From Takakia lepidozioides (Eukaryota > Plantae > Bryophyta), in the NCBI GenBank assembly GCA_030704615.1, contig CM060731.1, positions 27,280,001 through 27,344,000 of the forward strand: DNA of 64,000 bases, in the 5' to 3' direction. Under the pieces are notes generated by a model. That model was not told where the DNA came from and searched no databases. It saw nothing but the letters and a program-made list of their open reading frames with translations. Made by a program: the position numbers and the translations under genes. Below are positions 1 through 11,795 of the stretch, piece by piece. How positions within the stretch are numbered: position 1 is the first letter of the stretch; each line of letters begins with the position of its first letter.

Positions 1-12
1 GCATGATTTGGG

Positions 13-513
13 ATGGTGCAGCGCACTGACGTCCCCAGACAACCATTTCCGCTTCCACAGCCTCCACCACCGACCCCTGTGAGAGCAAGAACAATGGGAG
101 GCGACAGCTCTAAGCATCCTACACACCGTTGGGGGAAACCGAAGAGGCGGCGACCTCCCTCAAAAGTGAACGAGACAAGGATGGGGAATGCACTTCGGAT
201 GAACTGTACAATCCAGAGCTCGACAGAAGTACCCTCACCAGGCTTCGGGCGTGTGTATCAAATGGCCACGACAGGCTCAGCTGTTCGCAATGAGGTGTAC
301 ACCATCACCATTTCAGAATTACCCACCTGCAATTGCACCGACTTCCAGATCATGGCGAACAAGGGGGCATCATACTGCCCTTGCAAGCATCTGTACTACG
401 TGTACCTATAGAGACTCCGGTGTAATTCCACAACTCATCACTTCATACATGCACCAGGGTTGAGCCCCCAAGAGGTGCACACTCTTCTGAATATGGATCC
501 AAGGGACCAGTGA
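13..513 (+). pseudogene. 3' end of a Mutator-like transposase gene with C-terminal SWIM zinc finger; premature stop at 409-411
   Basis: YTITISELPTCNCTDF...CPCKHLYYVYL is a SWIM CxC...CxH motif. The frame continues past the TAG as RLRCNSTTHHFIHAPGLSPQEVHTLL* (stop 511-513), matching the C-terminus of the 57899-58528 (-) ORF. Confidence 0.75.
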
Positions 514-765
514 GCTTGGCTTGCGGTCCCAACACAATGGTGCGCCCATCCTTTTCGGATAGTAGAACTGTACTGCTGCAAGTAGCTCTGACTCTGGCCA
601 CAGAAAGATCCGACTTATGTCTTGCCTACCAGTAACCTGTTTTGCTCGAACTAAGATAATACTATGTCATTCACTTGTGTTTCCACGTGCATGTATTTTT
701 GTGTGTTGGAGGGTTCATGTTTTTCTGCTCTCCCAAACTTTGCTTTCCTCATTCGACCCCGGCAA

Positions 766-1335
766 GGAAATGCGGCACCGCATTTCCAAGTAACGTCGTA
801 GGTACTGGTAGATGTGGCCTTCGCCAACGCCAAACCGCCCACAAATTTTGAACGTGCGAACCCTAATGCGGCACCGCATTTCCCAGTTGAGTCGCAAACC
901 TTTCCCGCCGAATACCCGAAGATGACAGAATTGTGAAGTACTGCAGACTCTATTGGTGCAGACGCTATTGGTTCAATCGCGGCAAAAAGGTCAGCTTCAT
1001 TCCAATGTTAAGGCATGTAAAACCGCGGAATACTCTATACAGGCCAGTATGCGATGTCTTTTTGCCGTGGTATACTGGATTTCTCGTTGCACAGTCACTC
1101 ATTTCCATGAGTGGATCTAAAAAACCATGAGCGGACTTGTTACTAACGACATATCTTCGCCGCATTACAGGATCTGGAACTTCCAAAAACGGCAAGGTCA
1201 AATAAAAAACTATTATTTTAATATTTGTTTAATCTGTTGCATTTCCAAATTTGGAGGAGTCCGCTCATGAAATCCGCATGTCTTAGACTTCGGCTCACCG
1301 CTCATGCGGCTCATGCGGCTCATGGCTCATGGCTC
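766..1335. repeat. Subterminal repeats of the MULE-like element: ATGCGG-ca-CCGCAT palindromes and GCTCATG(C) tandem units
   Basis: GGAAATGCGG-CA-CCGCATTTCC at 766-787 (perfect 10-bp arms); AATGCGG-CA-CCGCATT at 865-880; GCTCATGCG/GCTCATG run at ~1300-1340. Confidence 0.6.
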
Positions 1336-1389
1336 ATGGTTTCTACTCATGAAATAGTAAACCTCGACTCAGCTCAAGGATCTAATGTC

Positions 1390-4035
1390 AAAGGGGTACA
1401 TCCGGCCGAGTAAGTCACCTCACGGAGCCCGGTGCTATTCGCAGACAAGAACGATGGGACGCTGCGGATATGTGTCAATTACAGGGCCCTGAATAAGGTG
1501 ACTATCAAGAACCGGTACCCTTTGCCAAGGATCGATGACCTCTTCGATCGGTTGGCAGGAGCGAAGTATTTCAGCCGGATTGATTTGCGCTCTGGGTATC
1601 ATCAGATCCGAGTGGCGGAAGGAGATGAGGAGAAGACCGCGTGCAGGACAAGATATGGTTTGTATGAGTTCTTGGTGATGCCTTTTGGGCTCACCAACGC
1701 ACCCGCAACTTTTAGCACGCTAATGAACAGCCTTTTCCAGGAGTGGTTGGACGACTTTGTGATCGTGTACATCGACGATATCTTGGTGTACTCGAAAACA
1801 AAGGAAGAGCACCTGGAGCACCTCAAAAGGGTGTTCCAGAAATTACGGGAAGGGAAGCTGTATGCCAAAGCTTCAAAGTGCGAATTCGGGGTCACAAAAG
1901 TGGAGTTCTTGGGGCATGTGATTACACAGGATGGGATCAAAATGGATGACAGAAAGGTGAGAGCAATCTTGGACTAGGAGCCTCCGACTTCGGTCCCAGG
2001 AGTGCGATCCTTCTTAGGACTCGCCTCCTATTACCGAAAGTATGTGAGAAATTTCGCCAAGATCGCGGGGCCGCTGTCAGACCTCTTATGTAAATCCAAA
2101 GTCTGGGTATGGAACACCTTTTATGGCCAAGCTTTTGCCGAGTTGAAGCAACGGATGGCGGAAGCTCCAGTCCTGAAAATCCCGGAGTTCGACCGTCCAT
2201 TTGAGATTCATACGGATGCGTCGGACTTCGCGATTGGAGGTGTACTCATGTAGGATGGACGTCCAGTGGCTTACGAAAGTAAGAAACTGAATGAAGTGGA
2301 GTGACGATGGCCAACGCACGAGAAAGAGATGAAGGCAGTGGTGCATTGCCTTGAGCTTTGGCGCCACTATGTTGGTTCCAACCCGGTGAAGGTGTTCATG
2401 GACAATGTCACGGTGAAGTATTTTGCCACACAGCCTAAGTTGTCCCCAAAACAACTTAGGTGACAAGACACTTTGGCGGTGTTCGACGTGGATATCCAGT
2501 ACAAACCGAGATGGGACAATGTGGTGGCCGATGCTTTAAGTAGAAAGCAGTAGCTTATGTTAGTGTACAAGGGCGAGACGGCGCTCCAGAGGAAGATCCG
2601 GAAGTCTTACCAGAAGGATGAGATGGCGAAGTCCGTGATGCGGGACTTGAGGATGGGGGTTAAATCGCAGTTCCACTTGCAAAATGGACTGCTCCGGTAT
2701 AAGCAAAAACATCTCTATGTGCCGATGGGAGGGATCAGAGATAGTCTCTTAAGAGAATGCCATGATGGCCCGCTTGCGGGCCACGGCGGAGCCAAGCGCA
2801 CCGCGCCACTCTTGAAGAAAGAGTATTTTTGGCCCAAACTGAGGGAGGAGGCCGATGAGTATGTCAAGACATGCACCACATGCCAACAAAACCGGAGCGA
2901 GTACAAAAAGCAAGTCGGGCTGTTACAACCCTTGCCGATTCCAGAGGGGTCTTGGGAAAGTGTCTCGATAGATTTCATGACTGTTATGCCGCTATCAAAA
3001 GGATTCGATGCAATCATGGTGGTGGTGGATAGGTTCAGTAAAATGGGCCATTTCATCCCCACCAAGGAGACGGTAACGGCGTAGGAAACGGGGCGACTTT
3101 ACTTTGCCCACGTCTTCAAGCATCATGGACTCCCGAAGGATATTGTCTCGGACCGCGATCCAAAGTTTACAAGTAAGTTTTGGAGGGCACTTTGGAAGAA
3201 AATGGGGACGAGGCTCAAAATGAGCACCGCCTTCCGACCTACGACGGACGGCCAAACGGAAAGGGTGAATTCCGTGGTGAAACAGATCTTGTGGAATTAC
3301 GTGTCGGCAGATCAATCGGACTGGGTGGAGCACTTGGATGCGGCAGAGTTCTGTTATAATAACACAAAATATTCCGCAATGGGAGTTTCCCCTTTTGTAT
3401 TGGTCTATGGAAAAGCACCTCTGGTGCCGACAAGTTGGGCCGCCCAAGACGTTGAGGAACCGGCAGCAACGGCAGTGCTGGAAGAACGCGAGCGTTTGTT
3501 GAAGCTCGCAAAGCACAACATTGCCAAAGCTAGGAAACGGTATGAACGGCAGGCGAATCGGAAGCGGAGGGAGGTTAAGTTTGAGGCAGGCACGGAGGTC
3601 TGGTTGAACATCAAAAAAATTCGACTACCTCCGGAAATGAGTCCGAAGTTCGTACCTCCGTATGCAGGACCCTTTCGCATCCGGAAGGTTATGAATGAGG
3701 ATGTGTATGAATTGGAGCTGCCGGCAAACAGCAAGGTGCATCCGGTATTCCACGTCTCCTTTTTGAAGCCTTACTTCAAAGATGAAGCGCGTCCAAATCG
3801 GCCTCAAGTGTTGCGTCCGCCACCTATGCTGTTGGATCATGAAAATGAACCTCAGTACAAGGTGGAGGCAGTGCTTAAGTCGAGGAGGTTCAAGAATCGA
3901 GAAATGGAGTATCTCGTGAAATGGAAGGGCTATCATCATGTGGAGGCATCTTGGGTGCGTGCCTCAGAAATGGGGAACGCATCCGAGGCGGTTGCAGCTT
4001 TCGAAGGGCGACCTCAAAAGCGGAAGAAGCGTTGA
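1390..4035 (+). pseudogene. pol remnant: RT (YIDD), RNase H (HTDAS), integrase (HHCC + DDE), chromodomain
   Basis: ORFs 1432-1977, 2002-2253, 2557-3084 and 3202-4035 share one frame and are split by single stops. Chromodomain YKVEAVL...YLVKWKGY...SW; ends in KRKKR. Confidence 0.93.
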
Positions 4036-4069
4036 TGGGGACATCAACCTTGGAGCGTGGGGGAGGAAA

Positions 4070-5676
4070 TGCATGCTTAGCCCGGCTTAGCTAGCTCAGG
4101 AATCCGATTGCAAAAACTTGTATTGTACAAATTTTGTTATAAAGTTTTCCAAATATTGTGTATTCATATTTTATTTGGAATGGTGATGCATGGTATGGTT
4201 GGCTAAGTGTGTAGAATGCATACTAGCTTACAAAAGTGGGAGAGGTAAATTGGATTAATCGTGTGTTTGCGTAGTGCCGAAATCGGGTGACTCCCATCCA
4301 AGGGGCAAGGAAACTTGCACCTTCGTTGGGAGTTCACGTGCTAGTGCGCACCTGGCGCGTGCGAGTACTATAACTGCGCTACCGAGGGGGTTGCCTTGTA
4401 GTGCGGGCTAACGCGGAAGCTCCGTGCTTCCGTTCACGTACTATAATCGTGTAGCCTCGAGACGAAGTCGTAGTGCGGCTTCGGCGTGTTCCCATACCTC
4501 AGGCCAGCATTCCAAGGCGGACCCAATTGTAGTGATTGGGGCGCACGGTTGGTTCAAGGTTATCTTCCTAGTAAAAAAGGGTTCAAGGCGAACCCTTGCT
4601 CAAGGTGATGCCAAAAGCGACATCACGAGCGGTCGCAAGCAAATGTTGTTGCAGTAAGACGATTCGATCCTCGAGGAGGATCGTTCCTTGGCCTTGAAGT
4701 GGGTCAAGAAGAGTGCACTGGGAGGAGCTTGAGAGGCTCCACCCTTGGCCGAGACTTGGAGGAAGTCGGCCGAACTAGCTAGTGGAGAGTAGAGTCAAGT
4801 GGGGGTTTGGTTCTTTGCCATGAGACGCCATGGTACGGAAACAAACTCCGTGATGTGAGATGCCACAACTTGGATGTTCGTTTCTACAAAATGGACAAGT
4901 CGATGAGGACATCGACTCCCTGTTGGTAGGGGTGTGTGTCGCAGCCCTTTGCCTTGAGGGCAGGGGGTCGGGACGCAGAGGGGCTGCCCTTGTGGTGGGG
5001 GCGGTGGCAGCAATAGGTACGGGGCGGGGGGGGGGGGGGGGCTGAAGCAACCTTGAGTGCCCAAGGCACTCAAGGAGGCGGAGGCACTCACTAGGTGGAG
5101 CCCTGCACACCGGGTTGCGGTGGGGGTGGCTCCACAAGGGGTGGTGGTAGCTTAGTGGGACTTACTGGGGGTGACATAGGACTCACCATGGGGGCGGAGA
5201 CCTTGTGGTAGGAGTCGTGGGGAGTCTTGGGACTCATCACGGTCCAAGGGGACCGTGGTGGGTGGGCCAAGATTCACCGCGACTCATCACCGGGAATCGA
5301 GGTTTTCGTGGTGGTTCGCCATAAAATGGTGGTGTTGTTTGCGAAACCCCCGCGGACAGTCACAGAAGTATATATAGGGAGTAGTAACCCCGAGAACAGT
5401 GCAAGCCCGTTGGTGACCAAAAACTAGTGAGTAAGCGTGCGAGCCGGAAAGTGACCAAGGTGTGGGGAGCTATTCCGGATTGCCATCGACCAAAGGGAAT
5501 TTTCACTAGGCCCAAATTGGGAGAGGGTCTTGTGGAGGAGTAAAGGGGGACCGTTATGTCCCGGTGAGCAGCCGAAGCTCCAAGTTGGCCCGGCGGCCAG
5601 TTAGGGAGTTAGGCGCACGCACCAAAGCGAATAACTATGACTTGAAGGGGAGTTTACCGAAGTGAGGTGCGCGACA
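4070..5676 (+). repeat. 3' LTR of the chromovirus (~1.6 kb)
   Basis: Follows the PPT, starts TG and ends ...GCGCGACA. TATATATAGG at ~5369. Its 3' ~460 bp has a homologue at 39313-39780 (-). Confidence 0.75.
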
Positions 5677-6299
5677 TACAAGCCCTCTTTCTTGTAAAAC
5701 CATGTAAGCTTTGTGATGTGAGGGCTCTCTCCTTAAGAGCTCCACCTCTATAGAGTAAAGTAATGCTTCTCAAACCCTAACATCCATGTTCTCCACGCCA
5801 CAAGGATTTTCCTTTGCAATACATGCAACACCTTGCAACTCAAGAGCTCTCTACCAAGCTCCCTTCAACACTCAAGTGCTAAACTAATCTTTACACTCCA
5901 CACTCACAAGCATAAGGTGATCTTCTTATAGTGAAAAGAGTTGAGAAATGAGAGAAGTGAAAGACCATCAAACCACTCTCATTCATGAAAGAAAACACAC
6001 TAAGACCACACCCTAGTCATTTCAAGTGTGAATCCACTCCATCACTCATATATAAGTCAAGCCAAGGGCACCTTTGCTAAAGGAATCCACCCTACTAACC
6101 CTCACACTCTCTCTCAAGAGCTCAGGCTATGGAGGCTCAACTAGAAGAAGATGAGCCTTCCCAAGCCTCACGTGGAGATAACCCACTCCACATCCCAAGT
6201 GAGATTAGTCATCTCACTTGGCACATGGAACCTAATGAAGTCCCAATGCACAAAATACCAATATAAATATCTAAAATGTCCTAGTTAACTAGAAGTAGG

Positions 6300-6700
6300 T
6301 AATTCTAGTTAACCATGACTAAAACCATGACAATGATTTTGAAGATGAATCAAAATAGGATGATGAAGAGAACAAGAAAAATCAAAGAAGATAGAGAAGA
6401 CAAAAAATGACAATTATGATAAAATGCTAGAGAGGATGATGAAGAAATATGCCACAGAAGCAGCAACACACTCGAGGAGAAATACCTCTTGTCAAAAATG
6501 CCAAAATGAATGTCATACTATGACAGAGTGCCAAATGAAGGAAAACATTGTGCTATCTGTCGAATGAATAACCATTCCACTAGGAAGTGTTATTACAATA
6601 GGAAGACGTCAATAAAAAAGAGCATAACTTTGGATGTGCACCATGTGCAAGCCTAGCCAAGAAGAAATATTGACCAAGGAAAATGCCAAATGATAGCCGG
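6300..6700 (+). mobile_element. Degenerate gag zinc-knuckle remnant of another LTR element
   Basis: CQKCQNECHTMTEC and CAICRMNNHSTRKC are CCHC-like motifs in broken frames, preceded by LTR-like sequence at ~5690-6300. Confidence 0.4.
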
Positions 6701-7299
6701 CTTTGACCAGAGTCTTCTTTTTATTCTACAGTCAAGAAAATCAGTCACTACTTAGTGGGAATGAAGTTAATGTTCATAGTTGATCATCTATCCTAGCAAG
6801 AGAAAAGACTCTACCACTAACACCCTATTTTTATCTATTTTCTAAGGTTATTACCTATTAGAAATAAATTTCTAAGAGAAAAATTAAAAAATACTATTTA
6901 AGTATGTTTTCGTAACATGAAAACAGAAATATGATTTATAAATTATGATATTACTATTATCTAGCAAATTTCTAAGCATAAAATCTAATTTATGATTTAA
7001 TAATGCAAAAAAATCTCTAAATCTAGACAAATATGCATTAGATAGGGAATCCTCCTAGCTTTCCAATGAACCAAAGATCAGGCAGACATCCCGCACCTAC
7101 ACTAATTCTTATATATCTAAGTAGGTCTCGTTCCTGCATCTACTACATAATATGTCCAATTATTTTTTCATCCCGCGGTTACTACTGCACAAATCAAACA
7201 AACACTGAAATTTCGGTATGGTCAATACATGGGCAATCAACGTTGTTGTTATTATATCCTAACAAACACTGTACGTTATGGTAAACCCAAAATCCCCAA

Positions 7300-7950
7300 A
7301 TAGACACATGGCCACACTTACTTCTCCACTGCAACCACCCCATAATTCATGAACTTTGGGTAACTAGACATAACCAAGGGGTGAGACAACTCCTCAAAAA
7401 TTTCACTTCACATCCGAAATCCAGATGGCCATGGTTTAACCTCATCAATGCAGGCACGTTCCAAGGTCGACCACCGGACCACACTATACCCCCATGGCTA
7501 TTACCGTGTGTATGTCCCTAAGGGCGTCCATGTCTTTGTCCGGCAAGACTCTGCCCATATATTTTGCTAACTATCCAAGAACTTCATATATTGGCATCAC
7601 CGTCGACAGTACCGCTTTCATCCCTTACAATATATTTTTTGGAGGTCTCATTCTGTCATGATCAATATCTAGATCATTAATCAATTCTGTATAAATATGA
7701 GAAATATGACCCAATCATGCAGGCTCTTCATCAACGAGGTTGGAACACAACACCTCTGACCGTCATTACCGCGGGTGTCAGGGGTGGTGCACATATCCAT
7801 AATATCCAATGTTTGAAAGATAATCTCAACCTACCACTCAAATACATTACGCCTCTCCTACGAGCCTTGCAGTACTTCACAACAACTACATCGCTCACAT
7901 CCCTAAAACTCAATAAACGTAAGATTGAAAGTGACCAGTTAGCAACGGTG
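7300..7950 (+). mobile_element. 3' fragment of a non-LTR retrotransposon with restriction-like endonuclease (RLE)
   Basis: RLCPYIL..FLEVSFCHD..EKYDPIMQALHQRGW..VITAGVRG fits the RLE pattern. Related copy at ~25960-27035. Confidence 0.55.
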
Positions 7951-8371
7951 TGGCAGGTTCCGGTGCGGATAGAGCCCACCCCTGAAATGGGGCAGTACCC
8001 ACAAGGGGAAGAGGCTCTTACTTACGGTAGCTTCGGTTGGCGTCATATATATATAGATCAGCCCCTAGATGTGTCCGCAGCCTCTCCATCTTGCCAAAAA
8101 AACTCAAACCCGCATATGAAATTCAATATAGGGAAACCGCCCAAAGGGTCGTAATGCCTTCCTAAGGTCCTCAATACTTAATTCCAGAACCCTAGGCCTC
8201 GAGTTCAAGCCCCCACTGGGCTGGTCTGCAATTTCATCCTGTGAATGATAAATTGCCGCCCCCAACAAATATTCATCCATCCAATCAAATCACATGCTAA
8301 ATGGGGGATCCATTGTCAACTCCCTCGATCCCCCATAACTTGCTTGGCTAAAGTCTATTAAATCCTAAATT

Positions 8372-8443
8372 TGCGTCAAAGTAGCAGGATTTGACCCCAT
8401 AATCATCTAGGTGGCACTCATTGTACTAACCAACTAAGCTACT
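8372..8443 (-). mobile_element. tRNA-derived SINE head (degenerate)
   Basis: Minus strand has A box TAGCTTAGTTGG and B box GGGTCAAATCC, with no complete cloverleaf. Confidence 0.45.
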
Positions 8444-8478
8444 GACTTAAATTGTTTGTAAATAATAATGTGACGACT

Positions 8479-8630
8479 TATGTGGGTGTTGACGCCCACA
8501 TGATTTATGGACCTCCCGCAAGCTTTCCAATGAAAAAAACAACAAAACCGAAAGTTTCAATTTTTTATTTTATTTTTAATATGAGGACTATGTGGGTGTT
8601 GACGCCCACATAATTCATGGACCTCCCACA
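8479..8630. repeat. Two ~42-bp direct repeats, each containing the hairpin ATGTGGGTGT-TG-ACGCCCACAT
   Basis: Copies at ~8479-8520 and ~8589-8630, probably subterminal repeats of a DNA transposon. Confidence 0.6.
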
Positions 8631-9819
8631 AAATTTCTCCATTTGATTTTGGGTGGCCATATATGCCCGAAAAGCCCCGAAAATGAATGCCAGTGCAAAC
8701 ACTGACCAAAACTCCTCAATTTTGGTCACAAATTCCCTCGTGATACCCTTAAATGCTCACCATTCTGCAGGTCCATTCGATTCAATCTCCAACCATGAAA
8801 AAACTCTGAGCCACAAATCTCGGCGGAAACGTTGCTTCCATCGCGGAGCCAATTATTGGGGTGTAGAGAGATCAACGCTTGGGCCTAAATCTTCACATGC
8901 ACCGTTTTGCCCCACCATTAGACACTCCATTTTTTTTTTTTTCCACCAACAACACTCGATAACGGCTTCATCCTATAAGTTTTAGATCCTTAACACAACA
9001 AAATCCCAATCGACGACTATCACTGGATAAAACCTCTTTTGGATTTTAAAGGGAGCAACTCATTGAATTGAACTCACACATATGGACGCGAATAGCCGCC
9101 TTGGAAAAAAGATCGATTGCGGGCGAACCCTGCGGATTTACGTTTTCTATTGTACCCTCTCAGATGAGTTATGATCGAGTTTTATTCAAGACTTGGTATG
9201 ATATTTCATAGACATTGAAACCAACAACTCTAATCATATGAAAATATGGTCAAGCTATTGCTAGAACAGAAAATTTGGCGTAATATGAGAGTCACTATGC
9301 TCCTCGCCTAATAAGATAAAAAAAAACTTTGAAACCCATCCACTCCCCCTCTTCGGAGAGAGTTCATATCCCCTAAGCAGAAACCCAAATAATAAATTTG
9401 TAAGAACCATCCCCTCTTCTTCTTCAGAGAAAGTTCGAGTCCCCAGGATAATAAATATTTTCAAAACCGCCATTCTCCCCTACCGGACTCGCTTAAAATT
9501 CCTATGATAGAATATGTAGAGACGCGAGGCTCCGGGCTGACCAGCTCAGACAATAACTGTGCCAATAAATTGGGCTATAATAGTAAGACCTAATCGGCGT
9601 GTATGAAGATTTTACGAATAGAATTTAAATGATACATAAAACGTACTAGGTATATTACTCTCTATAGAAAGTTCACTTTACTCAGCATGACAGCCAGCAT
9701 GTAGCCCAGTGGTAATGGCACATACCACGTTGGATGTGCTTGTGGGTTCAAACCACGGTCTGGTGTGTCATAAGGTGTCCACCTTCCTAGCAGAAGGCAA
9801 TAGCCCTTCGGAGTGAAGT

Positions 9820-10176
9820 TTCAAGTTAAATAAGCACAGTGTGAAAACAACTAGAATAAAGCTAGTTATTTGTATTTAACACTTGGATTTAGGTCAAGTG
9901 TTAAATCAGGTGTCAAGTTTAGTTTGACACCTGAACCGCCTTATCTTCACAAGAGCGGCAGTCGCGTAGCTCATCTCTCTCGAGTTGAGCCTGCGCGACC
10001 GAGCTCCTTCATGCGTTTAGATCTGAGTGTGCTTATGATGGGAGTGTAGGTTGTTGTGGGGTGGAGTCCCCATAGCTTGGGGTGCCCCTGGCTCGACTTC
10101 TATTTTAAAGAGTGATAGCGATGGATTTCATATTTCTTGTGTTGAGAGTGTGTGTCCTTTTAGCTTTTGTTTATCA
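9820..10176 (+). repeat. Terminal repeat A1 (3' part of the LTR)
   Basis: ~357-bp direct repeat of 21185-21542 with about 8 differences by eye; ends TTTATCA. Confidence 0.95.
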
Positions 10177-10196
10177 CTCGAGAGAGATGATGCTAC
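10177..10196 (+). promoter_or_regulatory. Self-priming primer-binding site complementary to LTR sequence 9966-9984
   Basis: CTCGAGAGAGATGA-t-GCTAC immediately after the LTR CA end is the reverse complement of GTAGC-TCATCTCTCTCGAG. No TGG tRNA-type PBS is present. Confidence 0.8.
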
Positions 10197-10876
10197 CTAG
10201 TTTTTAGTGCTAAGCTAGATACAATGTTTTTTTAGCACTATTATAATATACATCTTGGGGCAGGAGTCCATCTGGCCCTACTGTTGCCATGGGCTGTGCG
10301 CGCAGATCTAGTTGTCGTCTCTGCTCGTGAGTTTAAAAAAAAAAAAACAAGAGGTGTGGAGGTTGGAGACTTTGATAGTTGACCACAAGGTCTTGGTGAT
10401 GGAGTCTTGCAGTGACCATTGAACTGTCTGCCTGCGCGATTGCGCGATGGGCCCATGGGAGGCGGCCAACATTAGCCATTTCTCTCATATCTGGGATAAC
10501 GAGACACTGCTTTCTTCATCTAAAGCTACAACTGCTCTCTCCCGGCGAAGGGCCCGCGCTGGCTGGGATTTGGTGACCAGCGATATTCCGCCAGCATGAG
10601 TGGGACTGGCTTCCGTTCCATGCAATATTAGGTCTCTCCCGGCTTAAGTTAGTTCCAATTTGCAGGGCAACAAGTCTGCATTGTTTGCTGTCTCTCGCAA
10701 TGGCCATTTGCTGCAGGGTTGGAAGTTCAAGGCACCAGTTACCTTCGCCAATGTGAACGCATTTGACTTCCGGTCACAATGAAGGAGACGAACTTCTGAG
10801 GAATGCTGATGTCGCTGAGATTCTGCACCGGACCACTTTCCCTCGTTCAGTCAAGCTTTCGGGAACAGAGCTCCTT

Positions 10877-11065
10877 GAGACATATCTGCACCGAATCGGT
10901 CGAAGCGGGCGGTTTGGTCGCAAAGGTGCTGCTTTCAATTTGTTGCTCACAGATCAAGATGAGCGAAACGTCACGAAGATTCAACGTCATTTTAACAAAG
11001 TGATTTCTGAGGTGGCATGGAATGATGATGTTGCAATAGAGGAAGTCTTGAGGGATGCAGGCCTT
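10877..11065 (+). pseudogene. Captured fragment of a DEAD-box RNA helicase (Dbp5/DDX19/LOS4-like C-terminus)
   Basis: [23 protein letters not shown] (motif VI)...KIQRHF...EVLRDAGL. Upstream helicase motifs are absent. Confidence 0.8.
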
Positions 11066-11649
11066 GCAAGAGCCTCCCTACACAGGTCTGGTAAAACAAG
11101 GCTTTCATGTGGCAGATCTTGGAGAGGGTGAAGAGCAGACACACATGTGTTTGCTTCCATTCTTCTTGCAGACAAAGGTTCTCGAGTGGCCAAGAAGGCT
11201 GCCAAAAAGCGAAAAGCAGCATTTTAGTAAGCGTTTTTGATGTATCGGTGCGCTCAACACAGTCATACTGGGTGACTGTCACATTTCATACCACTCCATA
11301 AAGTCTTGATAGCTGGGAGTTTTCTATCCAAGACCACTTGACGGCCCGTAAGGAGTGAGAGCAAATGGGCATGGAGTATTGAGCTGGAGCAGATCTCTTT
11401 GGATGAGTGTGCATCACAACAGTTCTTTTGCACACTCATGTTGCAGCATGAAATTGTGAGCACTGCGGGTGGCATTAGAAGGAATGCTGCACTGAGAGGG
11501 AGGTGAGCAGGCACATGAAAAAGAGCGGGAGGCAAAGAAGACGGGGCCCATTGCAGAGCAAGGGAGCTCCATGCTATGAGTCAGTTCTTGCCTCGTCCTG
11601 CTGCCGCTCACTGTTGCAAGCTCCATCTTCAGCCGCAGCGTGCAGGCCT

Positions 11650-11795
11650 AGTTCGAGGAAGAGGAGCAAGAGCGCAGGAGTAGATCCGCCATCGCCAGAG
11701 CTAAGATGCCCCCGCCATCGGAGAAGATTCACAGGCTAGTTGATGAAATTTCCAGCCTCACTCTACTTGAAGTTTCGGATCTCACAACGCTGTTG
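11650..11795 (+). pseudogene. Captured fragment of organellar ribosomal protein L7/L12 N-terminal region
   Basis: MPPPSEKIHRLVDEISSLTLLEVSDLTTLL from ATG 11706 (below the ORF-track cutoff) matches the L12 dimerisation helix motif LTLLEVSDL. Confidence 0.7.

Larger units (their letters stand above)
1390..5676 (+). mobile_element. Ty3/Gypsy chromovirus LTR retrotransposon, 5'-truncated (no gag or 5' LTR)
   Basis: Begins within RT ([14 protein letters not shown]). RT-RH-IN-chromodomain order, purine tract at ~4053-4069, and a TG...CA-bounded 3' LTR at 4070-5676. Confidence 0.92.

Noticed and set aside
4424-5427. Short ORFs and a poly-G tract in the LTR
   Set aside because: No recognisable protein; these are GC-rich LTR sequence. 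Most other short or antisense ORFs in the track are likewise shadows of TE or gene frames.
9695-9770. tRNA gene
   Set aside because: A and B boxes are present but there is no proper cloverleaf; flanking TSD and tail indicate a SINE. The same applies to tRNA-like bits at ~8372-8443, ~27520-27590 and ~28225-28290.
10763-11131. Functional DEAD-box helicase gene
   Set aside because: Only motif VI and the C-terminus are present, inside a retroelement.
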